This document shows, piece after piece, positions 1-8,974 of a stretch of DNA of 64,000 bases. Position 1 is the first letter of the stretch. Each line of letters begins with the position of its first letter. This stretch comes from an uncultured Candidatus Saccharibacteria bacterium. Lineage in GTDB: Bacteria; Patescibacteriota; Minisyncoccia; Phycocordibacterales; UBA5272. The DNA lies in assembly GCA_964538815.1 (NCBI GenBank), contig CAZIHL010000001.1, forward strand, positions 1,070 to 65,069, given 5' to 3'. A program made the translations under genes and the position numbers. The notes beneath the pieces are model-generated. The model made no database searches, was not told the origin of the DNA, and worked only from the letters and a program-made list of their open reading frames with translations.

Positions 1-160
1 AAAGAAAATAACAAGATAAAAGCCAAATTAAAAATCCTAATATAAAAAGTGAGGTGAACATAAATTGTTTATTTGTATTTTAACATAATGGAGTTATTTC
101 TTATTTTGAAGTAAAAATATGTTGTATAATATATAAATATAATAATAAGTCAGCTTTTAT

Positions 161-3100
161 ATGAAAAGTAAAAATAATAGCAAAGATATATCATTGAGAG
201 ATTTTTTACTTTCTTTTACTAAAAAGAAAAAAATCGATTATGTAAATCATATAAAAGTCTTTAAAAAAGACCCTAAGTTCAAGCCTTTTAGAGCATTACT
301 TTTAATTTGGATCATTTTTACTTTATCTGTCGGTTCTACAGGTTTATTTACTTTTCTGAATATAAATAATGCACATTCACAAATAGAATTTAAAATGAAA
401 ACAGGTTATTATCAAGGAACTGGTAAAACATTATCTATTTCTGGATTTGGCTTTTCTCCACAAATGATAATCATAAAAGCTGATACAGCAGCGGGGTCTG
501 CTATCTGGAAATCAATTTCTATGCCAGAAGGAGAATATGCTTATTATGGAAATGCAACAGCGAATGTTTCAGAAAATCAACTTTCATTAGATTCAGATGG
601 TTTTACTGTACAAGTAAATCCTGATGTAAATTCATTGAATGTTCGTTATACTTATATAGCATTTTCTGGAAATGATTGTTCTAGTAACGGTATTATGTGT
701 ATAGGTAGTTATCTCGGAGATGGTTCCACGGATAAAAGTATAAATAATGTAGGATTTCAACCAGATCTCGTTTGGGTAAAAAGATCAGGTGCAGCGGCTG
801 GTAATTTTAGGACTTCGGCTATGACTGGATTAAACTCTTCATATTTGTCTGGAGTTGCAGATAATAATACAGGACTTCTTATAAAATCACTAGACATAAA
901 TGGTTTTACCGTTGGAGTATCAAACAACACAAATGGTGGTAAATTTTATTATGCGGCATTTAAAAAAGCTTTAAATGTTTTAGATGTTGGTCAATATGCA
1001 GGAAATGGTGTGGACGGTAGATTTATAAATACAGTAAATATTCCAAGTAAAGCTCCTTCTTTTGTATTAGTTAAACAAAATGGAACGAACCCTGCAGCCT
1101 TTAATATACCAGAAGATTATGGAGATTTTTCTGCGGCCACATCCTTAACAGCAAATTTTTCTAGCGGCATAAAAGAGTTAAAGAATAATGGTTTTAATGT
1201 AGGTACTTCATTTTTTACAAATGGTTCTGGAAATGGTTATCAATATTTTGCTTTTGCAGAAAATACTTCTCAATCAACAAATGGTTCTTTTACTATGCAA
1301 TTTGGTTCTTATGTTGGTAATGGGACCTCTCAAATTATAAATAATATTGGCTTTACACCAGATCTTGTATTTATAAAATCTTACTCTACTAATGACTATG
1401 CTATTTGGAGTACTAGATTAAATAATAATATGTCTTATTATTTTGGTCTGTCTTCAGCGGGAATACCTAATGCTATAACAGATATGTCTAATAATAGTTT
1501 TTCTGTTGGGAATAATAGCGTCGCCAATGCAAATGGTGTAACATACGAGTACATAGTTTTTGGTAACGCCACTAATCCTATAGATGGAAATAAAGCATCT
1601 GATTTTGTTATTGGAGCATATACTGGAAATGGATTAAATAGACAAATTAATAAATTAAATATAAAACCAGATCTATTGGTTTTAAAACAAACAGGAAATA
1701 CCATATCTGCTTGGTCTAGTTCTAATATGCCAAATAACACAACAGCATATTTTTCTGCATCAGCAGATAGTGTAGGAGGAGGTATAATATCTAGTTTAGA
1801 TACTGATGGATTTAGTATAGGAAATTCTTCAACTGTAAATACTTCTGGGCAATTATATAATTTTTTTATATTCAAAAAAGGGTCTGGTAATTTTGATGTG
1901 GGTAATTTTATTGGTAACGGTGCAATTCAAGATATAACAAATATAACACCTACAACCACTCAAATAGATTTTCAACCAGATTATGTCTGGATAAAGCATG
2001 ATGGAGCTCAAAGAGCTGTGCATACTGTAAATGATCCAAATCTGGGACTTGATACTTTACATTTTACAAATAATGCAAAATTTTCAAATGGAATCACAGC
2101 AATGCTTCCAAATGGTTTTACTGTAAATAACACTGCATTTGTAAATACATTAAATCAAAATTACAGATTCGTATTATGGAAAGCTTCTACACCTACAACT
2201 TCTCCTGATATGCCAGTTGGTATATCACCAACTAATACCAATATTAATTTAAACCCAACGCTAATTGGTTCAAATTATTCTAATCCTAATCCACATTTAA
2301 GTACTATTTGGGAAGTTTCTACTGATCAAAATTTTAATAATATAGTTTGGACGAGAACGTCCACTAGCTCAGAAATAACTACAATTATAAATTCTTCTAA
2401 CGGTATATTTTTAAATGACTTATCAGGAGAAGAAAAGCTAAAACATGATACAGAATATTTTATGAGATTAAAATACTCTAATGGTATTTATTCTGATTGG
2501 TCCATACCAATATCCTTTAAGACTAATAAAATTGATAAACTAACTAATATAACACCCTTAGATACTGAGGTTATAAATACATTAACACCAACTTTTACAA
2601 CTTCTAATTTTAACGATGGAGAAATAGGGCATACCGCATCTTCTTCAAGGTTACAAATAAGCACAAGTATAGATTTTTCTAAGGTTGTTTATGATACAAA
2701 TATAATTCCATATACAAATTCATTTACTATACCCAAAGCAGTTCTTTCTGATCAGACAGTGTATTATTGGAGAGCTCAATATATGGACTCGGATAATAAG
2801 TGGTCAGAATATTCTACTCCAACAAGAATATTAATATCAAAAACAGCAGAACTTTCTGTAATGCCATTGTTTGGAAATACAGTAATAGATAAAAACGATA
2901 ATGTAAACATAGATACTCAAATAAAATCTTCCGATGGACTTCCAGTGAATAATGCGAATGTGACTATAAATATATATAATCCATTAGGAACAAAAATAGT
3001 TTCAGATGCCTTAATGAATTATATAGCATCATCAAAAGGTATATATAGATATAATTACACAATACCAAATTCTACAGGAAGTTATCTTTATGAGATTTCT

Positions 3101-6100
3101 GTATCTACAAGTACATATACTGGTTTCGGGGCTGCTAATTTTGAAGTAAGAAGTTTACAACAAGACATAACTTCTGTAAAAAATATATCCACTTCTGAAC
3201 AGATAGCTCAAACTAATTCTAGAAATGAAATAAATAATATAAAGACGCAATTAAAAGCTGGAATATTGGACGCACCAAAAACTTCTAAATTAGGTAATTC
3301 TGTTACTATAAAATATAGAGCACAGAGTGGTTTATATGGAATAAATTCTCCAAAATTAAATTTATATGACGCTTCTAATGTGCAAAGAATAGTAAATGCT
3401 AATATGGTAGAAATAGGTACAACTGGCGTTTATACTTATGACTTTTTATTACAGCCAAATTGGGGCACTGGTTTTTTCACAATTTTAGCATCAGAAGATA
3501 CAAATAATACTTCTGATAACACTCAACTTTTTGTTGGTAATAATGATATAGATTCTTTAGCTAATTCAGTTTCTACAATTTCTACAAAAATAGACAATTT
3601 ACAAATGAATATGGATATATTAATAGGGGCAATGATTGTTACACAATCAAGTGTGGATGACATATCTCCTACAAACGATTCTTTTATAACAACACTTACT
3701 AATACTACTGATGATTTTTATAAAAATGCAGTTCTTACTTTTACATCTGGAGTTTTGAATGGTCAATCAAGAAGAATATCTTCATATTCTGGCTCTACTA
3801 AAAAAATAATATTATATCCTTTCCTAACTTCTGTACCTACTTCTGGCGACAACTTTACAATAGTTAAACAAAATGTAGCGGTAGAAGAACAATTACAATC
3901 ACACGATAATTTAGAATCTAATTTTAGATCTGATATTACAAATAGACTTACAAATTTACAAACATCAGTTGATAATATATATTCTTTGTTGCAAACAGTT
4001 GATACGAATTTGGATAATATAACAAATAGTATAAATAATATAAGAACTTCTCAAACAAAAAATTATAAAGTGAAACTATCGGATGTTTCTCAAGTACAAG
4101 CTGGACAAGTATATAGAACAAAATTAACTATTTTAGATTATGAATCAAATCCTGTAGATTCTCCTTCTTTACCAGCAGTATTCATATACGATTCAGCAAG
4201 AAATCTAATAGTAAATTCTTCTTCTATGACTAGATTATCAAAAGGAGTATATGAATATACGATAAATATACCCGCCTCAGCTATTAATGGTTTATGGGAG
4301 ACTGTAGTAGATACAAATCTCGGTGGTTCTGATAATCTGTCAACTAATGATTATTGGCAAGTAACAGGTGCTCCAGCTCAAGTTTTGATAAATTCCATGT
4401 CAAACTTAACAGTGCCTAATATTGGAGCAAATATAACAATAACAAATGAAGGCGGCGCTCCTTTTGAATATCAATATGAATGGTGCGTAGTAGAGACTCA
4501 ATCAAATCAATGTGGAGGTGATGATGATATTTATTATGCTTCAGCAGCGAAACTTATTCAAAATGGAGATAGTTTTAATACCACACTTACTGCAAATGTT
4601 AATAATCCTGGTAATTATATCTTTAAACTATTAGTATATTATGGAACAGAATCCTCAGCATCTTCTAGGACTTTTACAGCGATATCTGGCAATAATAATC
4701 CTATTAATACTCAAAATAATTCATTCGGAAATTATTATTCAGGTAGTAGTAATTTAGCTTCTCATGATAATATTTATAATGAATTAATAAAAGCAAAAAA
4801 TCAATTAGATTTAAATGCACAAAAACTTTCTAGAGTTCTAGATCAGTTAGGTGTTATGAATCCATCTTTACAGTCTTTATTAACTATTAATACAGACAAT
4901 CTAAAAGAATTAAAAGATATACAAAACAAAGTATCAGATTTAAGAGCTGTGTCTGTGACTACCAGAAAAATAGTAGAGCAAAAATCTACAGAACCAATAG
5001 TTGAGACTTATATGAAGTTTAATTCTGTAGAAATACATTTTTTAATTACAAATCCTTCCGAAAGTCCTAAAACTTTAAAATTTAAGGCTTATTTACCTGA
5101 AGAGGCAAAGCCAGAATATATAATGGATCTAAATGGTCTAAATTTAGATTATGATGCTAATGTTAAAACTTATTATGTTTATGGAGACATAACTTTAAAG
5201 GGTAAAGAGTCGATAACTAAGAAGATAGAAATGAAAGATATTTGGATTTTTGATGAGCAAGTAATAATAAATATTAAAAAACAAGCTAATGATCTTTTTT
5301 CTACATTAGATAAGACTCAATATCAGGCGCAAGGTTTAATATTAAAAAATAATATAGAAGAATATATTTTATCTATATTAAATACACAAGATAATAGTTA
5401 TTCTTCCCCACAAGAACATATAGTAGTCTATAGAGAAAATAAAGAAAAATTTGCTAGAGTAGAAAGTGAATTAAATAAACTTAAAGATTTAGTAGTCCAA
5501 GCTGGGACAGCGCAAAACATGGTAGGTAAAGTAGGCGGTATTCAGACATTTGCAACTTGGGGCATTATACTTGCTATAGTGTTTGGTTTTGCCATAATGG
5601 CAGCTATTATATTTGCTATGTGGAGACATCAAATTGCTTTCATTTCAGAAATGAAAGATGTTCCACAAAGTAAAATTTACAATCATACCAAAACAAAAGA
5701 AGACCATATTGAAAGATACGGTATTATTAATAGGCGTAATAGGCAAATAAATATAAGAACTATTATAAGAAATATAATATTATTTTCTTTAATATTAGGA
5801 TCTAGTTTATTATTTTATTCTAAATATACATATATTTTTAATAAAATATTTAAATCTTCCACTACAAATAATGATGACTTAAATCATATTTATACAACAA
5901 ATAGTACTCAAAAAGATAAAAATGTTTTATCTAATAATGATGAATCAATATCAACAATATCTACAACAACACAGAATATAGAAAATAATAGTATTAATTT
6001 AACAAAACAATTGTCTTCCTCATCTTCGATTTCAGAAGCTATCTCGACCAATATGCCTAAATTAAAAATTATAAATACTCCGACAGGTTGGCTTAATGTT

Positions 6101-6256
6101 AGAAAAGAGGCAGCTATTGATAGTGAAATTCTTTTAAAAATTTATCCAAAAGATGAGTTTTATTTTAAGGAGAAATTGAATGGTTGGTATATGATTATAT
6201 TAAAGAATAATAGTGTTGGATGGGTAAATGAAAAATATGTAGAAGTAATTAAATAA
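161..6256 (+). CDS. Giant (2031 aa) membrane-anchored surface protein. N-terminal signal-anchor TM, six ~100-aa tandem repeats, FN3/Ig-like beta-rich segments, two coiled-coil-like N/L/Q-rich segments. Near the C-terminus: TM helix, R/K-rich loop, second TM helix, S/T/N-rich linker, then an SH3b-like domain.
   Basis: Single uninterrupted ORF. Hydrophobic stretch FRALLLIWIIFTLSVGSTGLF near the N-terminus. Repeats share G-x-Y-x-G-N-G ... GF-x-PDLV-x-[IV]K ... A-x-W ... SLD-x-DGF-x-VG ... Y-x-Y-x-AF. FN3-like signature YYWRAQYMDSDNKWSEYS. TM helices WGIILAIVFGFAIMAAIIFAMW and IILFSLILGSSLLFYS. C-terminal GWLNVRKEA...GWYMIIL...GWVNEKYVEV resembles the SH3_3 (bacterial SH3) fold. Confidence 0.8.
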   Translation: MKSKNNSKDISLRDFLLSFTKKKKIDYVNHIKVFKKDPKFKPFRALLLIWIIFTLSVGSTGLFTFLNINNAHSQIEFKMKTGYYQGTGKTLSISGFGFSPQMIIIKADTAAGSAIWKSISMPEGEYAYYGNATANVSENQLSLDSDGFTVQVNPDVNSLNVRYTYIAFSGNDCSSNGIMCIGSYLGDGSTDKSINNVGFQPDLVWVKRSGAAAGNFRTSAMTGLNSSYLSGVADNNTGLLIKSLDINGFTVGVSNNTNGGKFYYAAFKKALNVLDVGQYAGNGVDGRFINTVNIPSKAPSFVLVKQNGTNPAAFNIPEDYGDFSAATSLTANFSSGIKELKNNGFNVGTSFFTNGSGNGYQYFAFAENTSQSTNGSFTMQFGSYVGNGTSQIINNIGFTPDLVFIKSYSTNDYAIWSTRLNNNMSYYFGLSSAGIPNAITDMSNNSFSVGNNSVANANGVTYEYIVFGNATNPIDGNKASDFVIGAYTGNGLNRQINKLNIKPDLLVLKQTGNTISAWSSSNMPNNTTAYFSASADSVGGGIISSLDTDGFSIGNSSTVNTSGQLYNFFIFKKGSGNFDVGNFIGNGAIQDITNITPTTTQIDFQPDYVWIKHDGAQRAVHTVNDPNLGLDTLHFTNNAKFSNGITAMLPNGFTVNNTAFVNTLNQNYRFVLWKASTPTTSPDMPVGISPTNTNINLNPTLIGSNYSNPNPHLSTIWEVSTDQNFNNIVWTRTSTSSEITTIINSSNGIFLNDLSGEEKLKHDTEYFMRLKYSNGIYSDWSIPISFKTNKIDKLTNITPLDTEVINTLTPTFTTSNFNDGEIGHTASSSRLQISTSIDFSKVVYDTNIIPYTNSFTIPKAVLSDQTVYYWRAQYMDSDNKWSEYSTPTRILISKTAELSVMPLFGNTVIDKNDNVNIDTQIKSSDGLPVNNANVTINIYNPLGTKIVSDALMNYIASSKGIYRYNYTIPNSTGSYLYEISVSTSTYTGFGAANFEVRSLQQDITSVKNISTSEQIAQTNSRNEINNIKTQLKAGILDAPKTSKLGNSVTIKYRAQSGLYGINSPKLNLYDASNVQRIVNANMVEIGTTGVYTYDFLLQPNWGTGFFTILASEDTNNTSDNTQLFVGNNDIDSLANSVSTISTKIDNLQMNMDILIGAMIVTQSSVDDISPTNDSFITTLTNTTDDFYKNAVLTFTSGVLNGQSRRISSYSGSTKKIILYPFLTSVPTSGDNFTIVKQNVAVEEQLQSHDNLESNFRSDITNRLTNLQTSVDNIYSLLQTVDTNLDNITNSINNIRTSQTKNYKVKLSDVSQVQAGQVYRTKLTILDYESNPVDSPSLPAVFIYDSARNLIVNSSSMTRLSKGVYEYTINIPASAINGLWETVVDTNLGGSDNLSTNDYWQVTGAPAQVLINSMSNLTVPNIGANITITNEGGAPFEYQYEWCVVETQSNQCGGDDDIYYASAAKLIQNGDSFNTTLTANVNNPGNYIFKLLVYYGTESSASSRTFTAISGNNNPINTQNNSFGNYYSGSSNLASHDNIYNELIKAKNQLDLNAQKLSRVLDQLGVMNPSLQSLLTINTDNLKELKDIQNKVSDLRAVSVTTRKIVEQKSTEPIVETYMKFNSVEIHFLITNPSESPKTLKFKAYLPEEAKPEYIMDLNGLNLDYDANVKTYYVYGDITLKGKESITKKIEMKDIWIFDEQVIINIKKQANDLFSTLDKTQYQAQGLILKNNIEEYILSILNTQDNSYSSPQEHIVVYRENKEKFARVESELNKLKDLVVQAGTAQNMVGKVGGIQTFATWGIILAIVFGFAIMAAIIFAMWRHQIAFISEMKDVPQSKIYNHTKTKEDHIERYGIINRRNRQINIRTIIRNIILFSLILGSSLLFYSKYTYIFNKIFKSSTTNNDDLNHIYTTNSTQKDKNVLSNNDESISTISTTTQNIENNSINLTKQLSSSSSISEAISTNMPKLKIINTPTGWLNVRKEAAIDSEILLKIYPKDEFYFKEKLNGWYMIILKNNSVGWVNEKYVEVIK
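392..2200 (+). repeat. Six in-frame tandem repeats of about 300 nt (about 100 aa) inside the giant surface-protein gene (approximately aa 78-680).
   Basis: The peptides GFGFSPQMIIIKAD, GFQPDLVWVKRSG, NIPSKAPSFVLVKQNG, GFTPDLVFIKSYS, NIKPDLLVLKQTG and DFQPDYVWIKHDG recur at roughly 100-aa spacing. Each is followed by a matching block: A-x-W, then S-LD-x-(D/N)GF-x-(V/I)G, then Y-x-Y-x-AF. Confidence 0.7.
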
Positions 6257-6260
6257 AATT

Positions 6261-6692
6261 ATGCTATTCAAAGATATATTTAATAAAATATTTATATTAA
6301 CAATAGGGCTTATATTACCTATAATTCTTATTATTTTAGTAAAAATAGTGGGTTATTCTGAGATAGTGGAGGAATTAGCTAAAACATTAATAGTTTTATT
6401 TTTAATATTAAAGTTATCTTTATACAAAGATAAAATATTTTATAGTATATATTTTGCTATTCTTTTTGGGCTTTCAGAAAATATTTTTTATTTAAAAAAT
6501 ATTTTTGAACTTGGCAATTTAAATATTTTTTTTATGAGGTTTGTTTGGGTTATACCAATGCATATAGCTACAATGCTGATATTAACATTATCGGGGACTG
6601 TTAAAAGATGGTTTATTATAATAGGGTTTATATTAGCTATAATAGTTCATATATTGTTTAATAATATAATTGTAAATATTATAGTACATTAA
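6261..6692 (+). CDS. Small polytopic membrane protein, possibly a CPBP/PrsW-like intramembrane metalloprotease.
   Basis: About four hydrophobic helices in 143 aa. EELAK (EExxK-like) sits at a helix end and VHILFNN (HxxxN-like) near the C-terminus. A conserved His lies in MHIATM, but no clear FxxxH motif. It starts 4 nt after the giant protein's stop codon. Confidence 0.3.
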   Translation: MLFKDIFNKIFILTIGLILPIILIILVKIVGYSEIVEELAKTLIVLFLILKLSLYKDKIFYSIYFAILFGLSENIFYLKNIFELGNLNIFFMRFVWVIPMHIATMLILTLSGTVKRWFIIIGFILAIIVHILFNNIIVNIIVH

Positions 6693-6711
6693 TCATTATT
6701 TTTATAACGTC

Positions 6712-6741
6712 TTGACAAGCCATATATTATTGTGATATAAT
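6712..6741 (+). promoter_or_regulatory. Sigma70-type promoter: TTGACA (6712-6717), 18-nt spacer, extended -10 TGTGATATAAT (6731-6741).
   Basis: Near-consensus -35 and extended -10 with correct spacing, about 40 nt upstream of the 6782 ORF. Confidence 0.6.
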
Positions 6742-6781
6742 AAATAGGTAAACAAATTCGTCCATTTTAAAACTTTTAATA

Positions 6782-7333
6782 TTGAGAAATATTAACATAA
6801 TCGTATATGCATGCGATTTTAATAAAGACTTGGGAACAGTAGGACATGAGACCAAAGAAAGGTTATCAAAAGCATTTACTATTATAAATAGTAAACCAGC
6901 TTTTTACAGAATTTTCTTTGGGGCAGGTACTGTGCCAGACACTGGATTTACTGGCAAAGAAAGTATGTCCAGGGATTTTGAGGACATACTAGAAGATGCT
7001 GGATACTTTAGAAATCCTTTTTTTAAAAATATTTTTACAAAAGGAGAAAATCAAGTAGAGGTTATTATTTCTGAAACTGAGGCTTGGGGGACATTCAGGG
7101 AAACAGAGTCTATTATGGATTCTCTGGACGAGCCTTTCGGAAAAGAAAAAGTGATAGCAATTTCCAGTAGCTATCACATTCCTAGAATTAAATTTATTTG
7201 GTGGTTTATGCCGAAAACGAATATTAAATTTGTTTCGGTACCGATGCCTTTTCCTTTGAAAGGGAAAATATTAGAACCACTAAGATACCTAAAAGTTTTA
7301 TTTTTGGGTATGAATAAATTGTTTGGGGTATAA
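6782..7333 (+). CDS. DUF218 (YdcF/SanA/ElyC-like) envelope-associated protein. The frame begins at TTG with no in-frame ATG for about 60 codons, so the start is uncertain.
   Basis: The IVYACDF...GHETKERLSKAFTII N-terminal block and the later SSSYHIPRIKFIWWF motif resemble the DUF218 fold. The promoter above is placed correctly. Confidence 0.4.
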   Translation: MRNINIIVYACDFNKDLGTVGHETKERLSKAFTIINSKPAFYRIFFGAGTVPDTGFTGKESMSRDFEDILEDAGYFRNPFFKNIFTKGENQVEVIISETEAWGTFRETESIMDSLDEPFGKEKVIAISSSYHIPRIKFIWWFMPKTNIKFVSVPMPFPLKGKILEPLRYLKVLFLGMNKLFGV

Positions 7334-7343
7334 AATTTATTAC

Positions 7344-7370
7344 AAATAACCACTTCTGTGGTTATTTTTC
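7344..7370 (+). terminator. Intrinsic terminator hairpin after the DUF218 gene.
   Basis: 10-bp stem (acaaataacc AC ttct GT ggttatttt) followed by a T-run. It covers the GTG at 7358, which argues that the downstream gene really starts at 7427. Confidence 0.55.
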
Positions 7371-7426
7371 ATTTCTTAATATTTACAAAAATATTAAGAA
7401 TAATTTGGTATTATATATTTATAAAT

Positions 7427-8191
7427 ATGAAAAATTTTTTAATAACAATTTTGATTCTATTTTTAATAATTATTGCTGGATGGTTTGTATTTTGGCATTT
7501 AGGGGTAAAAATTAATGGCTATGGATTAAATAATGAAAATGCAGTATTAAATCAAGATAAAAATTCTATAGATATAAAAAATAATTCTTCATCTACTGTA
7601 GAAACAATTGGAAATACTTCTACAAATGCTGTAGTTATTAGACAAACAAAAGATCCTGCTACAGGAGAAAGAGTTCCAAGTAGATTTGCTTGTGTAGGAG
7701 AAGGTTGTGATGGAAGTATGTCGGGCGAAAATAATTTTACTGTCGTAAGAGTTCCTTTAATAAAAGATGGGGGAGATATTGGTTGCAATGCGGGTATATT
7801 TTATGCTCCTCATGTAGTACCAAAAACAAGTGCAGTGCTTGATGCTACATATAGAATGCTTTTTGATATTAAACATGATCCAGAAATAAAAGAAGATGGA
7901 TTTAGGAATACTGTCGCAGGAGCTACAAAGTTATTTTACGATCATGTGATTTTAAAAAATGGAGTTGCTAGAGTTTACCTTGCAGGACAAATGACAAGCC
8001 CGGGTACATGTGCTGATCCCGAAATGAAAGCTCAAATAGAAAGTGCAGTATTTCAATTTGATAATATTACAAAGCTTGAGGTGTACCTAAATGATAAAAT
8101 ATTTGATTGGTGTACTATGGATATGTCTGGTGGAGTGGAAGGAGCTTGTAAAACTGGAAATAAAAATTGGGTAGTTACAAAAGGGGAGTAA
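7427..8191 (+). CDS. Secreted or membrane-anchored hypothetical protein with a Cys-rich mature part. The true start is probably the ATG at 7427, not the upstream GTG at 7358.
   Basis: MKNFLITILILFLIIIAGWFVFW is a signal-anchor. TGgTATTAT extended -10 at about 7406-7414. Eight Cys in the mature region. Confidence 0.5.
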   Translation: MKNFLITILILFLIIIAGWFVFWHLGVKINGYGLNNENAVLNQDKNSIDIKNNSSSTVETIGNTSTNAVVIRQTKDPATGERVPSRFACVGEGCDGSMSGENNFTVVRVPLIKDGGDIGCNAGIFYAPHVVPKTSAVLDATYRMLFDIKHDPEIKEDGFRNTVAGATKLFYDHVILKNGVARVYLAGQMTSPGTCADPEMKAQIESAVFQFDNITKLEVYLNDKIFDWCTMDMSGGVEGACKTGNKNWVVTKGE

Positions 8192-8398
8192 ATTAGATAT
8201 AAAAAGAACGAATCTTTCCAAAAAGTATTTTTGATCCAAAAGAATAGTATTTTAAAAATAGTATTAAAAAGATATTTTTTAAGATTTATTTAAAAAATAT
8301 ATTCTTTTTTTCTCAGATAATCTTTCTATTGTATATCTTAAAAGAGTTCTTTAGTAGCTACTTTTAATATATGCTCTCGAATATTTTTCAAATTATCT

Positions 8399-8920
8399 TT
8401 ATTCATGTTTGTGTATTTTTTTAAAGTCCTTTTTTAGTCTATATGTTTTAAATATCTTTAAATTTAGTGATATATAGAAAATATATATTGATATTAATAT
8501 AGAAGCTAATACATCGTAAGTATCATGTACTCTCAGATAAAGTCTGGCAGAAATTATAAAAATAAGCCAAAGCGTAGCAAAAATCTTCAAGAATAGCTTA
8601 TGAGATTTCTTTTTATCAAATCTTGATATATAAAATAGTACAAGAAAAGTGACCATAGCTGCAGCCACATGGCCAGAAGGGAATGCATAACTATTTTCTG
8701 TTACCATCGCTAATAAACTTCTGGGTTTTTGAATAATAAATTTTAAAGCTATAACAATACCCATCGTTATAGAGTAGTTAAAAAGTATAAACATAGAGAG
8801 TCTCTTTTCTTTTTTATAAAAGTAGACAATTAAACAAACTAAAGTTGTAGCTATAACCATCATTTTTTCTCCGCCAAGCATAGATATAGCATTAAAAAAG
8901 TCGAAAAGGTATTGATTCAT
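8399..8920 (-). CDS. PAP2-family membrane phosphatase (undecaprenyl-diphosphatase or lipid phosphatase type).
   Basis: Polytopic membrane protein with the PSGH motif (AFPSGHVAAAMV) and the downstream SR...H phosphatase signature (ISARLYLRVHD). Confidence 0.6.
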   Translation of the reverse strand: MNQYLFDFFNAISMLGGEKMMVIATTLVCLIVYFYKKEKRLSMFILFNYSITMGIVIALKFIIQKPRSLLAMVTENSYAFPSGHVAAAMVTFLVLFYISRFDKKKSHKLFLKIFATLWLIFIISARLYLRVHDTYDVLASILISIYIFYISLNLKIFKTYRLKKDFKKIHKHE

Positions 8921-8974
8921 GAAGTTTCCAAATTTATATAAGATGCTATAATTATACCATTATAAAAAGACAAT

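Noticed and set aside
1438-1875. Antisense or alternative-frame ORFs of 60-200 aa listed in the six-frame track inside larger genes. Examples: 1438-1875(-), 6989-7177(-), 7552-7788(-), 9697-9918(-), 11374-11790(-), 12085-12687(-), 13613-13879(-), 14553-14765(-), 16495-16800(-), 19084-19503(+), 24858-26369(+), 27395-27631(-), 28202-28504(-), 29365-30162(-), 31126-31798(-), 32288-32548(-), 33850-34131(-), 34461-34706(-), 35542-36127(-), 37564-38366(-), 38474-38902(-), 41698-41889(-), 43083-43274(-), 45486-45683(-), 46237-46551(-), 47032-47488(-), 50154-50510(-), 51721-51930(-), 54295-54744, 57707-57913(-), 60412-61879(-), 63595-63933(-).
   Set aside because: Each lies entirely within, and antisense or out of frame to, a gene with clear homology signatures. 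Their composition is low-complexity (S/L/F/I-rich), as expected for AT-rich shadow ORFs, and none carries a recognisable motif. 16495-16800(-) also overlaps tRNA-Phe.
7358-7426. GTG start at 7358 for the secreted Cys-rich protein. Similar long 5' extensions at 15886, 16307, 38382, 43265, 44439 and 45770.
   Set aside because: The 7358 extension runs through the upstream gene's terminator hairpin. In every listed case an internal ATG gives a conventional N-terminus (signal peptide, the MraZ MLIGHY start, the YchF G1 motif, the L31 MKKDIH start, or the receiver domain) and removes the gene overlap.
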